From: Octopus sinensis
Taxonomy: Eukaryota
Reading direction: 5' to 3'
DNA: 64,000 bases
NCBI RefSeq assembly: GCF_006345805.1
Contig: NC_042998.1
Span: forward strand, 2,046,001-2,110,000
The notes beneath the pieces were generated by a model that worked only from the letters and a program-made list of their open reading frames with translations, made no database searches and had not been told where the DNA came from. Of the stretch, positions 1 through 11,923 are shown one piece after another (the first letter of the stretch is position 1; the number at the start of each line of letters is the position of its first letter). The position numbers and the translations under genes are program-made.

Positions 1-296
1 ACTTGTGAATGAGTGTTGGTGTCCTGCAAACAGTGTCATTTGTTCGAATCATCTCTGAAAACAAGCCTGGAAGTGTGTCAGCTGGCAACAAGGTTACTCA
101 AATTAATTACCAATCATATTTAACCTCGCTCAATTGTTCTTATCCCTTATTTTAGTAGAATCTAAATAAATAAAAAAAAGTATGGAAGGTGGGTGTTGCC
201 ACTGTTCTTTCCCTCATCCCTCCATTCTTTCAGAGTAGAAAATATTTTAAAAATTCAAAAGGTTTAACACTGTTTCAGTTGCTATAGAATTATAGT

Positions 297-531
297 GAAG
301 GCGCATGACTTAGTGGTTAGGGTATTCAGCTCACGAGTTCAATTCCTGAGGACACTTTATTTCACATTGTTCCAGTTCATTCAGCTGGCAAAAATGAATA
401 GGTAGTACCTGTATTTCAAAGGGCCAGCCTTGTCGCACTGAATCTCCCTGAGAACTACATTAAGGGTACACGTGTCTGTGGAGTGCTCTGTTGATCGAAT
501 CAACTGGAACCCTCGTCGTAACCGACGGAGT
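297..531 (+). mobile_element. tRNA-derived SINE, family A (partial)
   Basis: tRNA-like head, body TACCTGTATTTCAAAGGGCCAGCCTTG...GGAACCCTCGTCG shared with 45363-45741. Confidence 0.8.
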
Positions 532-544
532 GCTTGTTATAGAC

Positions 545-925
545 AGAAACGTTAGCACACAAAGCTAAATGCTTTGCGGTATTTCGTCTGCTGCTACGTT
601 CTGAGTTCAAATTCCCCCAAGGTCGACTTTGCCTTTCATCCTTTCGGGGTGATAAATTAAGTACCAGTTATGCACTGGGGTCGGTATAATCGACTTAATC
701 CGTTTGTCCTCTCTGTGTTTAGCCCCTTGTGGGTAGTAAAGAAACAAGTATTTCGTCTGCCGTTACGTTCTGAGTTCAAATTTCACCGAGGTCGACTTTT
801 GCCTGTCATCCTTTCGGGGTCGTTAAATTAAGTACCAGTTATGCACTAGGGTCGCTATAATCGACTTAATCCCTTTGTCCTTGTTTGTCCACTCTGTTTA
901 GCTTCTTGTGGGCTATAAAAAAAAT
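545..925 (+). mobile_element. Two tandem SINE family B copies
   Basis: The core TTCTGAGTTCAAATT...GTCGACTTTGCCTTTCATCCTTTCGGGG...AAATTAAGTACCAGT occurs twice. Confidence 0.85.
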
Positions 926-1483
926 AAGAATTATAGACATCATGTTGCAGGTCTGCAAATTCAAAGTCTCTTATATACAATAGTTACCACTTTCTGTTTA
1001 TTGAGGGTTAGTCCTGAACTGAAGAGGTTTTACATTTAGAGAAAATGTCCTCAAACTTTTCTACATTGCATGTTTTAATCTCATTTCACAATTGTAACGA
1101 TAGAATTATTTCCCTTGTATTGAGGAATGACCGTTCAATGTGATAATTACAAATAAATAAAATTAGCTTTGGTATATAACTCGCATAAAGATTTGATGTA
1201 CTGAATACCGCACGCGAGAAATCCTGAGATGATTAAAATTTACCTTTCGTGTGGAAAAACAAAACGAAAACTAGCGACACTGAAAAGAGGACGAGAGAGA
1301 ATTTCAAGAAATAAGGAATTGTTCCCTGGAATGGCTTTCCTTGTATATATTTGGTGTCGAGGGACAATTATGTAAGATGTTTCACGTACAACATTCAATG
1401 AATGCATCAGCTTCAAGTGATCCAACTTAAAGCCAATGGCCCATTTAAGTTGTTTTTCCATTTTATTTCTGTAATTTAGGTGC

Positions 1484-1835
1484 AGGAGTGGCTGTGTGGT
1501 AAAGAGCTTGCTTAGCAGCCACATGGTTCCGGGTTCAGTCCCGCTCAGTGACACCTTAAGTAAGTGTCTTCTATTATAACCAGGTCGACCAAAGTGTTGT
1601 GAGTGGATTTGGTAAACGGAAACTGAAAGAAGCCCGTATATATTTCTGTTTGTTCCCCCACCACCACCATCGCTTGACAACCGATGTTGGTGTGTTTACG
1701 TCCTCGTAACTTGTAGGTTCAGCAAAAGAAACCGATAGAAAAAATACTAGGCTTACAAAGAATAAGTCCTGGGGTCGATTTGTTAGACTAAAGGTGGTGC
1801 TCCAGCATGACCGCAGTCAAATGAATAAAAGAAAG
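1484..1835 (+). mobile_element. SINE family C
   Basis: AGGAGTGGCTGTGTGGTAA head to GGTGGTGCTCCAGCATG tail, matching 25582-25995. Confidence 0.85.
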
Positions 1836-1885
1836 AACTTAAGCATACATCTATCACTTTTAGATTATATTATAATGTATTAATA

Positions 1886-2127
1886 AATTGCAGCGTGGAA
1901 GGTGTTTATAAGCCATTTAAGAAACACACAAAAACCGTTAGATTCACTTCAACATTTTAATTTCATTTGTCAAAATATTTTCGTCGTTTTGGGACCGCGA
2001 CCTGTTCACTGACAAAACTCCGTGCTGCACGAAAATATTTTGACAAATTAAATTTAAATGTTTAAGTGAATCTAACGGTTTTTGTGTGTTTCTTAAATGG
2101 CTTATAAACACCTTCCACGCTGCAATT
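1886..2127. repeat. Long inverted repeat (99-bp arms, 44-nt spacer), Penelope pseudo-LTR-like
   Basis: Arms 1886-1984 and 2029-2127 with 3 mismatches. The hammerhead straddles the left arm and spacer. Confidence 0.9.
1966..2016 (-). ncRNA. Minimal type I hammerhead-ribozyme fold with G3:C8 swapped core
   Basis: Minus strand reads TTTGTCA-GTGAACA-G-GTCG(11-nt loop)CGAC-GAA-AATATT-T-TGACAAA. Helix I 7 bp, helix II 4 bp, palindromic loop-less helix III, UUU triplet. Confidence 0.6.
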
Positions 2128-3309
2128 GTTTTCGTTCCAGCACATGATTTCAGATCAGGTCACTTGCTATGCAAGTACATCTCCGTAATATCAATATATT
2201 ATTTTATATAAAATGAAGTAGACAGGATTATAGTAGATTATCCACAGCGTAGAAGATTTGCCAGATAAAAATAAAACTGAGGTTAACAAGTCGAGGTATT
2301 GGGGATAAGTTACGGTAGAAAAAAAATTAATTGATGTAATCTCATGGCTGAATTAGATGTGGTAATAAAATTATTTTCTGAAAATACAAAGCTTTCAATC
2401 AAAGCCGTTTCATCAACTGTGAGTTCTATTAATAATGTTTACAGCACCCCATAACTTTAATCACGGAAGAGAGATGCTTTAATACATGCGATCTTTCATT
2501 TTTTTTCTTTTTCTTTTTCTTTCATTTTCAATCGAAACACGTTAGAAATAGCAACCAAATCTTTTGAAAACGAAAAGTGTTTTATAAACTTGATAGAAAT
2601 GGCTGAGAAATATCCTTCAAATCATTACATGAGAAATGACCTGAGGTTAAACAAGAGTAATAATAAGTATTTGCTACTTCTATCATCACTAAACAAACAC
2701 TTGCTCACTCCTTTCGAAATGTACAACAGGATGACCCAGTCCCCGAAAGCACAACCACATAAGTTGGGTTTTCTCCGTTTTGACGGGGATTTTTCCCAAT
2801 TTTTTTTCCACTACGGCCTTGTGGGGGAGGGGAATTCAAGGTTTATAAATAACTGCTTTTCTTCGGAGCTTTAATTTTTTCATTCACGAAGTCGCAAAAT
2901 GAATACGAGACGAGAGAAAAAAAAATTACAATATATTTCAAAATGTTTCGTTGTGCTGACAAAATATAGTCTGTATCGAGATGGGGTCTGTTTGAGGAGA
3001 AAATAAGAAGTGTGGTAGGGACCCCAATCCCCCAACCCCAGGTAAAAGGTGCGTCTTCTACCGCTAGAGATAATATGGTGCGGGAATGAAATAACCAAAC
3101 CGAGAACTGAAACCAAAATGAAAGTCTGTCTCGCTGGGAACTGGAACAAACAGAAAATTTACCGAAGACGAAATTGTTAATTTAGCCCTGTGGTTCTCAA
3201 ACGTTTTGTGCCACTGCCCCTTTATAGTCACATAATGCCCTCAGCGTCCACACCCCTATTTTTATGTATAAATAAATATTTCATATTTAACTACTTTATC
3301 TATCTCTCT

Positions 3310-3510
3310 ATCCGCTCAGTCGAAGTCAACTCTCGGTTACTCGATGAATCCGTGTTCTCCAGCCAGTTCTATCCTGGGTCGCTTCTTTCAGATTGGATAT
3401 GGCCATTCCTATGTCACTTTTAATGGTGTCAAGCCAGCAGGTTCTTGGTCGGCCTCTTCCTCTCTTGCCACTTGACCATTCCGAGCATGATGTCCTTCTC
3501 CAGGGATTTT
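3310..3510 (-). mobile_element. RTE-clade LINE 3' end fragment
   Basis: Translates as SLEKDIMLG...KRGRGRPRTCWLDTIK...EATQDRTGWRTRIHRVTESRLRLSG*. Confidence 0.75.
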
Positions 3511-4309
3511 CTCTAATTATATATGTAGTGGATGCGTGGATGTATTAATAAATACATAAGTGCTTTGTAATAAATTAAAGATTTATTATCACTACATCAA
3601 TTTGTAAGCAATGTTACACATCGCTTGTACAAAATGCATATTAAATAGTGGTTGCAAATAATACATATTAAAGGAATGCATAATACAGGATACACATTAA
3701 AGCAGAATATGTTTGATGGTGTGTGTGTGTGCGTGTGTGTAAATCATGCATGACAGAGTCACCTTTCTGATTATTCTTTCGTCGTCCTCATAAATGCGTG
3801 GCGTTCTCTTAAACGTTGGTTCGGGTTCTCTCTAGATACCTATTTCTCCGTTCTATTTATAACATCTCAAATAGCCAGAAAAATAGATATACCGCAAGAG
3901 TGTTATTGCGTACAGTAGGTCGCTGGTCGTCCTGTTAAACTTCGCCTGACCTGCTCGGGTCAGAGGTCGAAGGGAGACGATCCATCATTTTTTGTCAGAA
4001 CAAAGAGATTCTGATTTCGCGCCTTTTTGTGCATTGGTATTTTACGACCAATGATTCTTGGGTCTGATTTCGAATCCAAGCTTTGAGAAGGAAGTGCTAA
4101 TTCTTACATATATACTACGAATCATTTGATATTAATATATCATATAAATTGTATAAAATACTATAATAATAATATAAATTCAGTGTTCCCCAATCCACTG
4201 CCTCCCCTCCCAATACCTCCTTTTTCTCTACCGCACCAGCTGGACCCTCTCAACGCCCACCAGGAGGGCGGTAACGTCCACTTTGAGAACCTATGATTTA
4301 GCATAATGA

Positions 4310-4735
4310 CTTCAAATTTAGGCACAAAGCCAGCAATTTTAATCTGTCGGGGTAAGCCGATCACCCTCAATTGAGTGCTACTTATGTTGTCCCCGATGGA
4401 ACTGGAACCCAGAACATGAAGAGCAAAGACTGAAAATGCCGCTTAGTATTTTAAGCCGATTCGCTACCGATTCTACCAGCTCGCCACTTCTTACAGATTA
4501 GCATAACATCTATAATAATATATTGCTTTACTGCCCACAAGGGGCTAAACACAGAGGGGACAAACAAGGACAGATTACATCTACCCCAGTGCGTAACTGG
4601 TACTTAATTTATCGACCTCGAAAGGATGAAAGGCAAAGTCAACTTCGGCTGAATTTGAACTCAGAACGTAACGGCAGACGAAATACGGCTACGCATTTCG
4701 CCCGGCGTGCTAACGCTTCTGCCAAGTCGCTGCCT
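4310..4735 (-). mobile_element. Two SINE family B copies
   Basis: Reverse complement of the family B core at 4600-4720, plus a diverged copy at 4310-4495. Confidence 0.8.
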
Positions 4736-5104
4736 CTGCCAAAACGAATTTGTGTCTGTTAATGTGTCATACTTTGACCCCGATTCTCTTACTATTCTGT
4801 GACACTTCTACTCCTCTTGCTGGGGTGAGAGTAAGAGTAGGCATAAAGACGGAGAGGGTGGTAGGAGGTTGACAGTTGAGATGGTAATGGGGTGAGAGTA
4901 ATAGTATGAGCTGTAGTTGTGATAGGGGCGGAGATGACGGTGGTGGTGGTGGCGGTCAAGCATGATGGTGATAGTAAGAGATGTGGAAGATAGTGGTGAT
5001 GGTGGTGGTGTCTGAGTGGTGTGTGTATGGCAGTTGTGGCGGTGATAGTTGAAGGCAATCAACAGAAAGAGAGAAAGAAAGAAGTTAAACAGAAAAAATT
5101 GTAC

Positions 5105-5371
5105 AGTTCTATATTTAAGAGATGAGGAATTATGTACGGGTCATGTGGCGTAGTGGTTAAGAATGCAGGCTACTAACGCCAAGTTCCGATTTCGATTCCA
5201 GGCTGCGACCTGAATAATAATAACAACAACATTGAAAAGTACCTTAGGAAAGGGAACCCAGGTTCCAAATTTCCCCAAGACACCTGATGAAGGTTGGAGG
5301 GTATATCAGCCGAAACGCTGTGTTAACAACAAACAAGATGAAGACAAATATCTGTCAATTGTAAATAATGT
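5105..5371 (+). mobile_element. tRNA-headed SINE-like element carrying a hammerhead
   Basis: tRNA-like head 5138-5210 (A box TGGCGTAGTGG, B-box-like TTCGATTCC), then an (AAT)n linker and the hammerhead. Flanked by a 12-bp direct repeat AAAAAATTGTAC (5093-5104 and 5372-5383). Confidence 0.75.
5279..5324 (+). ncRNA. Minimal hammerhead-ribozyme fold inside a tRNA-headed SINE (probably inactivated)
   Basis: GACAC-CTGATGA-A-GGTTGG(loop)TCAGCC-GAA-ACGC-T-GTGTT. C at 5318 sits where U16.1 of an ACGU palindromic helix III is expected. Confidence 0.6.
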
Positions 5372-6257
5372 AAAAAATTGTACTGACCCCCGAATGGGAA
5401 GACAAAAGATGTTGTTTATCACGAAGCTTTGCAATAAGTCGACATATATCATTGTTTTGACGAAAACTGTCCATTGTTTGGAAAATATTGGTCAAGTTTA
5501 ATAAAATTTAATATGTACTCAATGCATGAAGTGTCATTGTTGGGTTCAGGGCCCAATGAAGAGCCCGATGGGGTGGCTTTTAAGCTAGTAAATAATATAT
5601 CATATTTACTCGTGTATAATGAGATCTCAAGTATAATGCAACCGTCCGTTTTTTGTACCCCAGAAAAATCAATAATATACTTTATCCTCTTATCTGAGGT
5701 GTTTTTCGCACTTCAGTTTAATGTCAAACCCACCCTTGATGTTGGGTATTACATTTTTTTACACTATACCAAATAAATACCGTAAATTTTGAAAAGAAAT
5801 AATGTCTTTATATAATGGTGCAATAATATGTCTCTATTCAGATTCACTGATTCTCAACGGGGATCCAGATAAGATTTTGTTGTTACAGTTAATTAAATAG
5901 AATAATATAGAATATTTCAACTTCTTTTTTTTTATTCAATTCTTAATGATATTTAATTATAAAATTATAATTATAATGGCTATGAAGGTCTCTCTAAGTA
6001 AAATAGCAATCAATCGGGTCAATAGACAAAGAACGGTTGACAAGTGGTTTAGATAAATGTAAGGGAAGTTATTCCTAATAAATACAACTCGTTTCGGTTA
6101 GTCTATCAAGTCATTGGTGTAGGTATAAAGTCACGGTGCCTAGAGGAGTGTGGGTCATTTATTTAAGAGGAGCCGTCGTTGATATCTGCACGACGGACTT
6201 TGATCTTCTTATAGTTAGAAGCCACTGTGGTTTTGTTCTTCACATCAATTAGTTAAA

Positions 6258-6473
6258 ATGTCGATTATTTATGAAATATCCCGGGCTGCGATTATTCTTC
6301 CTTTAATTTTCTTTTATACATGTGTTGCAATAGGGCAATTGTTACTGTCTTTCATCAAGAACCCTTTCAGTATTCTTGGTATATTCGACTTCAGGCGGGG
6401 TCCAATCTTTAAAGCTCCTCCGCCTAAATGGAATGATGAAGAACTCGGGACCCACGGGTTTCTCTCACTCAGT
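6258..6473 (+). CDS. EPHX4: EPHX4-like copy A exon 1 (MSIIYEIS...GTHGFLSLS)
   Basis: ATG at 6258, 72 codons, hydrophobic anchor followed by [15 protein letters not shown]. Donor AGT|gtaagt at 6474. Confidence 0.88.
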
Positions 6474-7290
6474 GTAAGTTACACTTTTACTTTTTTCAAC
6501 TCGTGATACGCTGCTTTCTTGTTAAATTTAGACAATTTTATATGTTCATTAAAACAGTGTGTGGAATATTTTTTGCTAAAGAAAGATTTTGAATGAAAAC
6601 TAAAACGTGATGCCTGTTAGTGCGCCGTGAGAAGAACGATCGGGTGTTTTGCGAAATTCTGACGAACCTTTTTTTTTTTTACACTATTTACTAAACTGGC
6701 TCCTTCTGCAAATCCCATCGATTTCTAGTTTTATTTAGTAGGTTTGTAGTGTTTATCAGTTGTCAGAGTTGTGTCCCCGACTCCTTCCATCCAGCAATGA
6801 TTGCGATCCACACTTCTTTTTCCAGTTCTAACATGCTTTCGCTTAACTGCCAAGACATAATGGCACACCTACACAATTGTGCTCCCTACCTCGATTTTCT
6901 TTCCTTATAACTTTCAGGAAAATGGATATTTTGAATGAACTTTTCTATAAATACGTTCCAGATGGTCTCGATTACAATTATATTGGAATTTAGTAAGAAA
7001 AAAAAAATTAAAAGAAAGTGTTGTCTCGCATACATAAACTCTGGTGCACTGACTTGTTTTTCTTCCCAACTTTGACCCTCCATAAATCCCAAATTTTATT
7101 TTGGTATTTATGAGAGCAACTGTCTTCGAAGTCTCATATTGTCGTTCAGTGCTCGAAATGAGGAGTTGATAGACAGCCGACAACTGATGAAGGGTCGTTC
7201 TTTATGTTACTTGTCCTGTTTTCCATTTGTTTCTCTCATTGTTTGCGTATTGAACTCATACTGTTGGTGACGTCCTGTACCCATATATGC

Positions 7291-7353
<63 letters not shown>

Positions 7354-10223
7354 TTGATATATATATATATTTGTATGTATATATATATGTATATATATGT
7401 ACACACACACACACACATATATATTTGTATGTATATATATAAACATATATATATATATATGTATGTATTTCTATGTATATATATGTGTGTGCGTTTGTAC
7501 CCCCGTCATCGCTTGACAACCGATGTTGCTGTGTTTACGTCCCTGTAACTTAGCCATTTGGCAAACACACCGATAGAATAAGTACTAGGTTTACAATAAA
7601 TAAATCCTGGGGTCGATTTCTTTGACTAAAGGTGGTGCTCCAGCATGGCCACAGTCACATTACCCAAACAAGTAAAACAATTAAAAACTATACCATTTTA
7701 ATTCTGAGCAATGCTTGGTATCTCTGCTAGCTTAAAATAAAATAAGAAATCTAAAATTTTTTTTTGCTAAGAATAAGATTAATATTTATAAAAATGGGGG
7801 AATCTAGAAAATTGTAAGTTGTTGTTATGAAATGAATCCTCTCCTTTGAAAGAAACCTCATTCAGTTTTACCATAAATTTCGTGCATCGTTTATTTCCAG
7901 TCTACTACAAATGTGGGAAATTCTGTCTGTGGTTGTGTTTGTGGAGTTGTTAGCTAACTCCTCCTACATGGTTTTAACGATTTTGATGAAACTTGACTTG
8001 TGAGTAGAAATCATGTCTGGAAACCTCATGGCATACTCAGATTGTTGAAAAAAAATATATAGATAATAGGGTCCTTATATACCTAATATTTTATTTTAAA
8101 AACTAAGGGAAATAACCCATTCATTTTCCTAAATTATTTGGTAAAAATTAAATTGAGTATGCTTATTTCTTAATATTTTAACTGTTAGTTATTTTTGCAA
8201 TTTATCCAGTACAACCCTTAAACAAGTAAATAGTATTTACCTAAACAATAGATCCACTTATTTCAGTTAGTGACTTATTCATAAATATACCAACACTAGT
8301 GCCCCAGAGGGTAATATTCTCTGGGAACGCACAAAAGCCCTTTTCAGAGTTATTTACTTAGAATTGTTATTATCTCATATCTGATTAGCCTGTTATTACG
8401 TAACATTCTTCATGATTTTAGTATACATACCTTATTAGTATTTCCTCCTATGTTCTATATACTCTGGGAATGCATTAAAGCTCTTTTCGGGGCTACTTTA
8501 TTTGAATTCTTACTATCAGGTAACTAATTTCATACCTTCCCCTCTACAGCCACTTTTTTTTTGCTTTTTTCTCTCACTTTTGACATTTTGCAAAACTCGT
8601 TCCTTTTTCTCTATGATACAATGATAAAATAAATTTATTTTAAGCTGCTCATGGTGGCCAGAGATTCTAAAATAGCAGTTGAACCATATTTCACATTTCT
8701 TAAATTTTATACACCAGAGGAAATTTTGTGTCTCTTCACAATTTCCCCCAGGAGTGCTCTACTTCTCTTTCATCTTACTACACTCTAGATTCTCATCCCT
8801 CAATGATGAGCAGCTGCTTCAGCTCTCTTATTTCATCAATCTCTTTTCAGATTCCAACACCCACAGCTTCACTTGGCTTTCTGTTGTACTTTTAATTGCT
8901 CAGTTGATACAGAAACTAACACATACCGAAGAACTCTCAACAGTTCATCTCATCTTCAATCACTGCTGAAACAGCATCATTCTTTTCTTTACCTGAAAAT
9001 CCAAACTCTCTATTCTCAAACATTACAATGTTCTTTTCAACAACTTTTAGCATTGCATCATATAATCCCACTACACAAGAACCTCTACATAGTCATTCAA
9101 CTGCTAAAAGTAGCACCCAAATAAACACACTTGACCTCTTAAACGAACAATATATTGAACAATGTAGTCATATATATATACAAAGGCTGTAGTTAGTACT
9201 GGAGTATTTTGCTCATGGGCCTATTCGATCAGGGCTGATGTGGAGATAACAACTACATGATTATTAATGTAAGATTGTTGGTTAGAATTCTGTTAACCTT
9301 TTCATTACCAACCTGGCTGAAACCGGTTCTGGCTCTGAGTATAAATGTCTTGTTTTCATAAGTTTCAAATTAAAATCTTCCACCAAACCTTAGTCACAAT
9401 TTATGTTCCTAACACTAGCTGAATGATAACTAAGTTATTTTACTAAATTCTTTGTTATATTTAAAGTAATTGAAAGAAACACAGAGCATCTCAAAATAAA
9501 TACAGTAACGAAAGGGTTAATATACTGATTACATCTGGGATGCCACATGCTGTGACACCTTCTCCAGCAACAACTTGGTGTATTCAGCTATCAGCCCAGG
9601 CTCCACTGCTTGTCAGGCTGAGAAAAGCAAACTGTCATGGTATCAGTCACTCTCTGACAGGCGTATGGTTGAACCTGTGGCAGTGGAGACCTCTGGTGTT
9701 CTTGGCTCCTAGACCACACCCCTGCTCACTGCTATTAGTAATCCACAAGTGAGTCAGGATAGCTGTTCCACACATTTCCCTCACCATCCTCCAGGGAAAT
9801 GCCTTTTCCATTTTGTCTGCTAGGACCATGAGGTGGTCTGACTTACAAGAAATTTTATTGTTCCACTCAATGTGAAAATATAAAAAGTAATGTTAAAATA
9901 TTTTTTTTAAATTGAAATAAAAAAAAAAGGAAAATGAAATCTGCAACAAGAAAGAGAACTGTTTACCAATTATCTGTGGCACATAATTTGCTTTTAGAAC
10001 ACTTTCCACTCCAACCAGGCACACACTGTTAAATTAGTGACAGACGCAATCTTCTATGACACTGGGTCCCAAATTCTTTTTGTTGTGGAGTCCAATGAGT
10101 GAAACAAAGTTTGTTTTAGAGAGATAATTTATCTATCTACCTATCTATCTATCTATCTCCCTACCTACCTACCTACCTACGTATCTATCTATCTATCTAT
10201 CTATCTATCTCTCTATCTATCTG

Positions 10224-10289
<66 letters not shown>

Positions 10290-10301
10290 AATCAATCTAT
10301 G

Positions 10302-10335
<34 letters not shown>

Positions 10336-10702
10336 CCTATCTATATGTGTATATATATATATAAATTTAAATTTAAAATGAGGATGAGAAATTAGATATT
10401 AATTAAATTAACATCGATTAATTAAATTAACATCGATTTCACACCAGTGGTCTAGCATATAAAATAACTGAAGGTTCAGTAAAATTGTATTAAATACATA
10501 TAAGAGGGAAACCACTATGTGGACACCCTTATGCTAGAAATAGATCCGCTATGGTCTTATCACTAAGAAATGTTCTCAAGAAAAATTTAGCAAAACAACC
10601 AAAACGTAATCGAGTAAATTTTTCTTGAGAACATTTCTTAGTGATAAGACCATAGCGGATCTATTTCTAGCATAAGGGTGTCCACATAGTGGTTTCCCTC
10701 TA

Positions 10703-10755
<53 letters not shown>

Positions 10756-11250
10756 TATACACACACACACACATATATATAAAAAATGCTACTTCTCTTT
10801 AAAATTGTGTATACCATTCTTTTTATCAAGTTTTATTAATAATTCATCTTGTGAACTTTTAGAACCTTTTGTTCCTCAGAACATCATCATCATCAACATC
10901 ATCATCATGATTTAGCATTCATTTTCTATGCTGACACAGGTTGGACAGTTTTACTGGAGCTGGTGAAGCAGAGGACTGCATCAAGTTCTACCGTCTGCTT
11001 TTGCATGGCCCCTACAACCTGATGCCCTTTCTAGTGCCAACCACTTTACAGAGTGTGCTGGGTGCTTTTTACATGGCACCAGCACCTGCAAGTTCACCAA
11101 GTGACTTGCAAGACAAGACCCCTCGAGTGAATGGGGAACATAAGTACTGAAGGAGATGGTTTTATGTCAGGTGATGAGTGGTTAAAGTATGATAGGGGGA
11201 CAGAAACAGGTGTCATGCTGTAAAGGTAATAGGTGGTTATCCTTGTTGGA

Positions 11251-11290
<40 letters not shown>

Positions 11291-11827
11291 GTAGGTATGT
11301 AAGTAGGTAGGGAGGGAGGTAGGTTTATGTTGGGTGGTAGGTGGGTGGCTGGGTCTTAGGTAGGTAGATATATATATACACATATATATATATACACATA
11401 TATATATATATATACATACATATATATATATAGGGGGAGAGTTCACCAAAAAAAAAAAAGACGAAGATAGGTGGTGTAGAAAACAAACAGATGTATTAGT
11501 ATATACATATGTGTGTGTGTGTGTGTATGTGGAGACGCAATGGCCCAGTGGTTAGGGCAGCGGACTTGGGGTCGTAGGATCATGGTTTTGATTCCCAGAC
11601 CTGGCATTGTGAGTGTTTATTGAGCGAAAACGCCTAAAGCTCCGTGAGGCTCTGGCAGGGAGTGGTGGCGATCCCTGCCATACTCTTTGGCCACAACTTC
11701 TCTTTTTTCTGTTGGCCTGCCTGCTTAGCCAGCGGGGTGGCGTCATTTGAAGGCTAAAACAATGCGAAGCGCATTGTGACCAGCGATGTGTAGCAACATC
11801 TGGTAGCCTGGTCAGTCACGTGATCAA

Positions 11828-11923
<96 letters not shown>

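Noticed and set aside
4792-5062. His/Thr-rich ORFs
   Set aside because: They are translations of a (GGT/GAT)-rich low-complexity tract.
5138-5210. Possible tRNA gene
   Set aside because: The acceptor, anticodon and T stems are imperfect, and it is embedded in a TSD-flanked element. It is a SINE head.
7140-7200. CGAAA ... CTGATGA words in type II order (also 59285-59345 on the minus strand)
   Set aside because: Position 17 is G or absent and helix I cannot be formed in register, so no complete hammerhead is supported. Kept only as a repeat.
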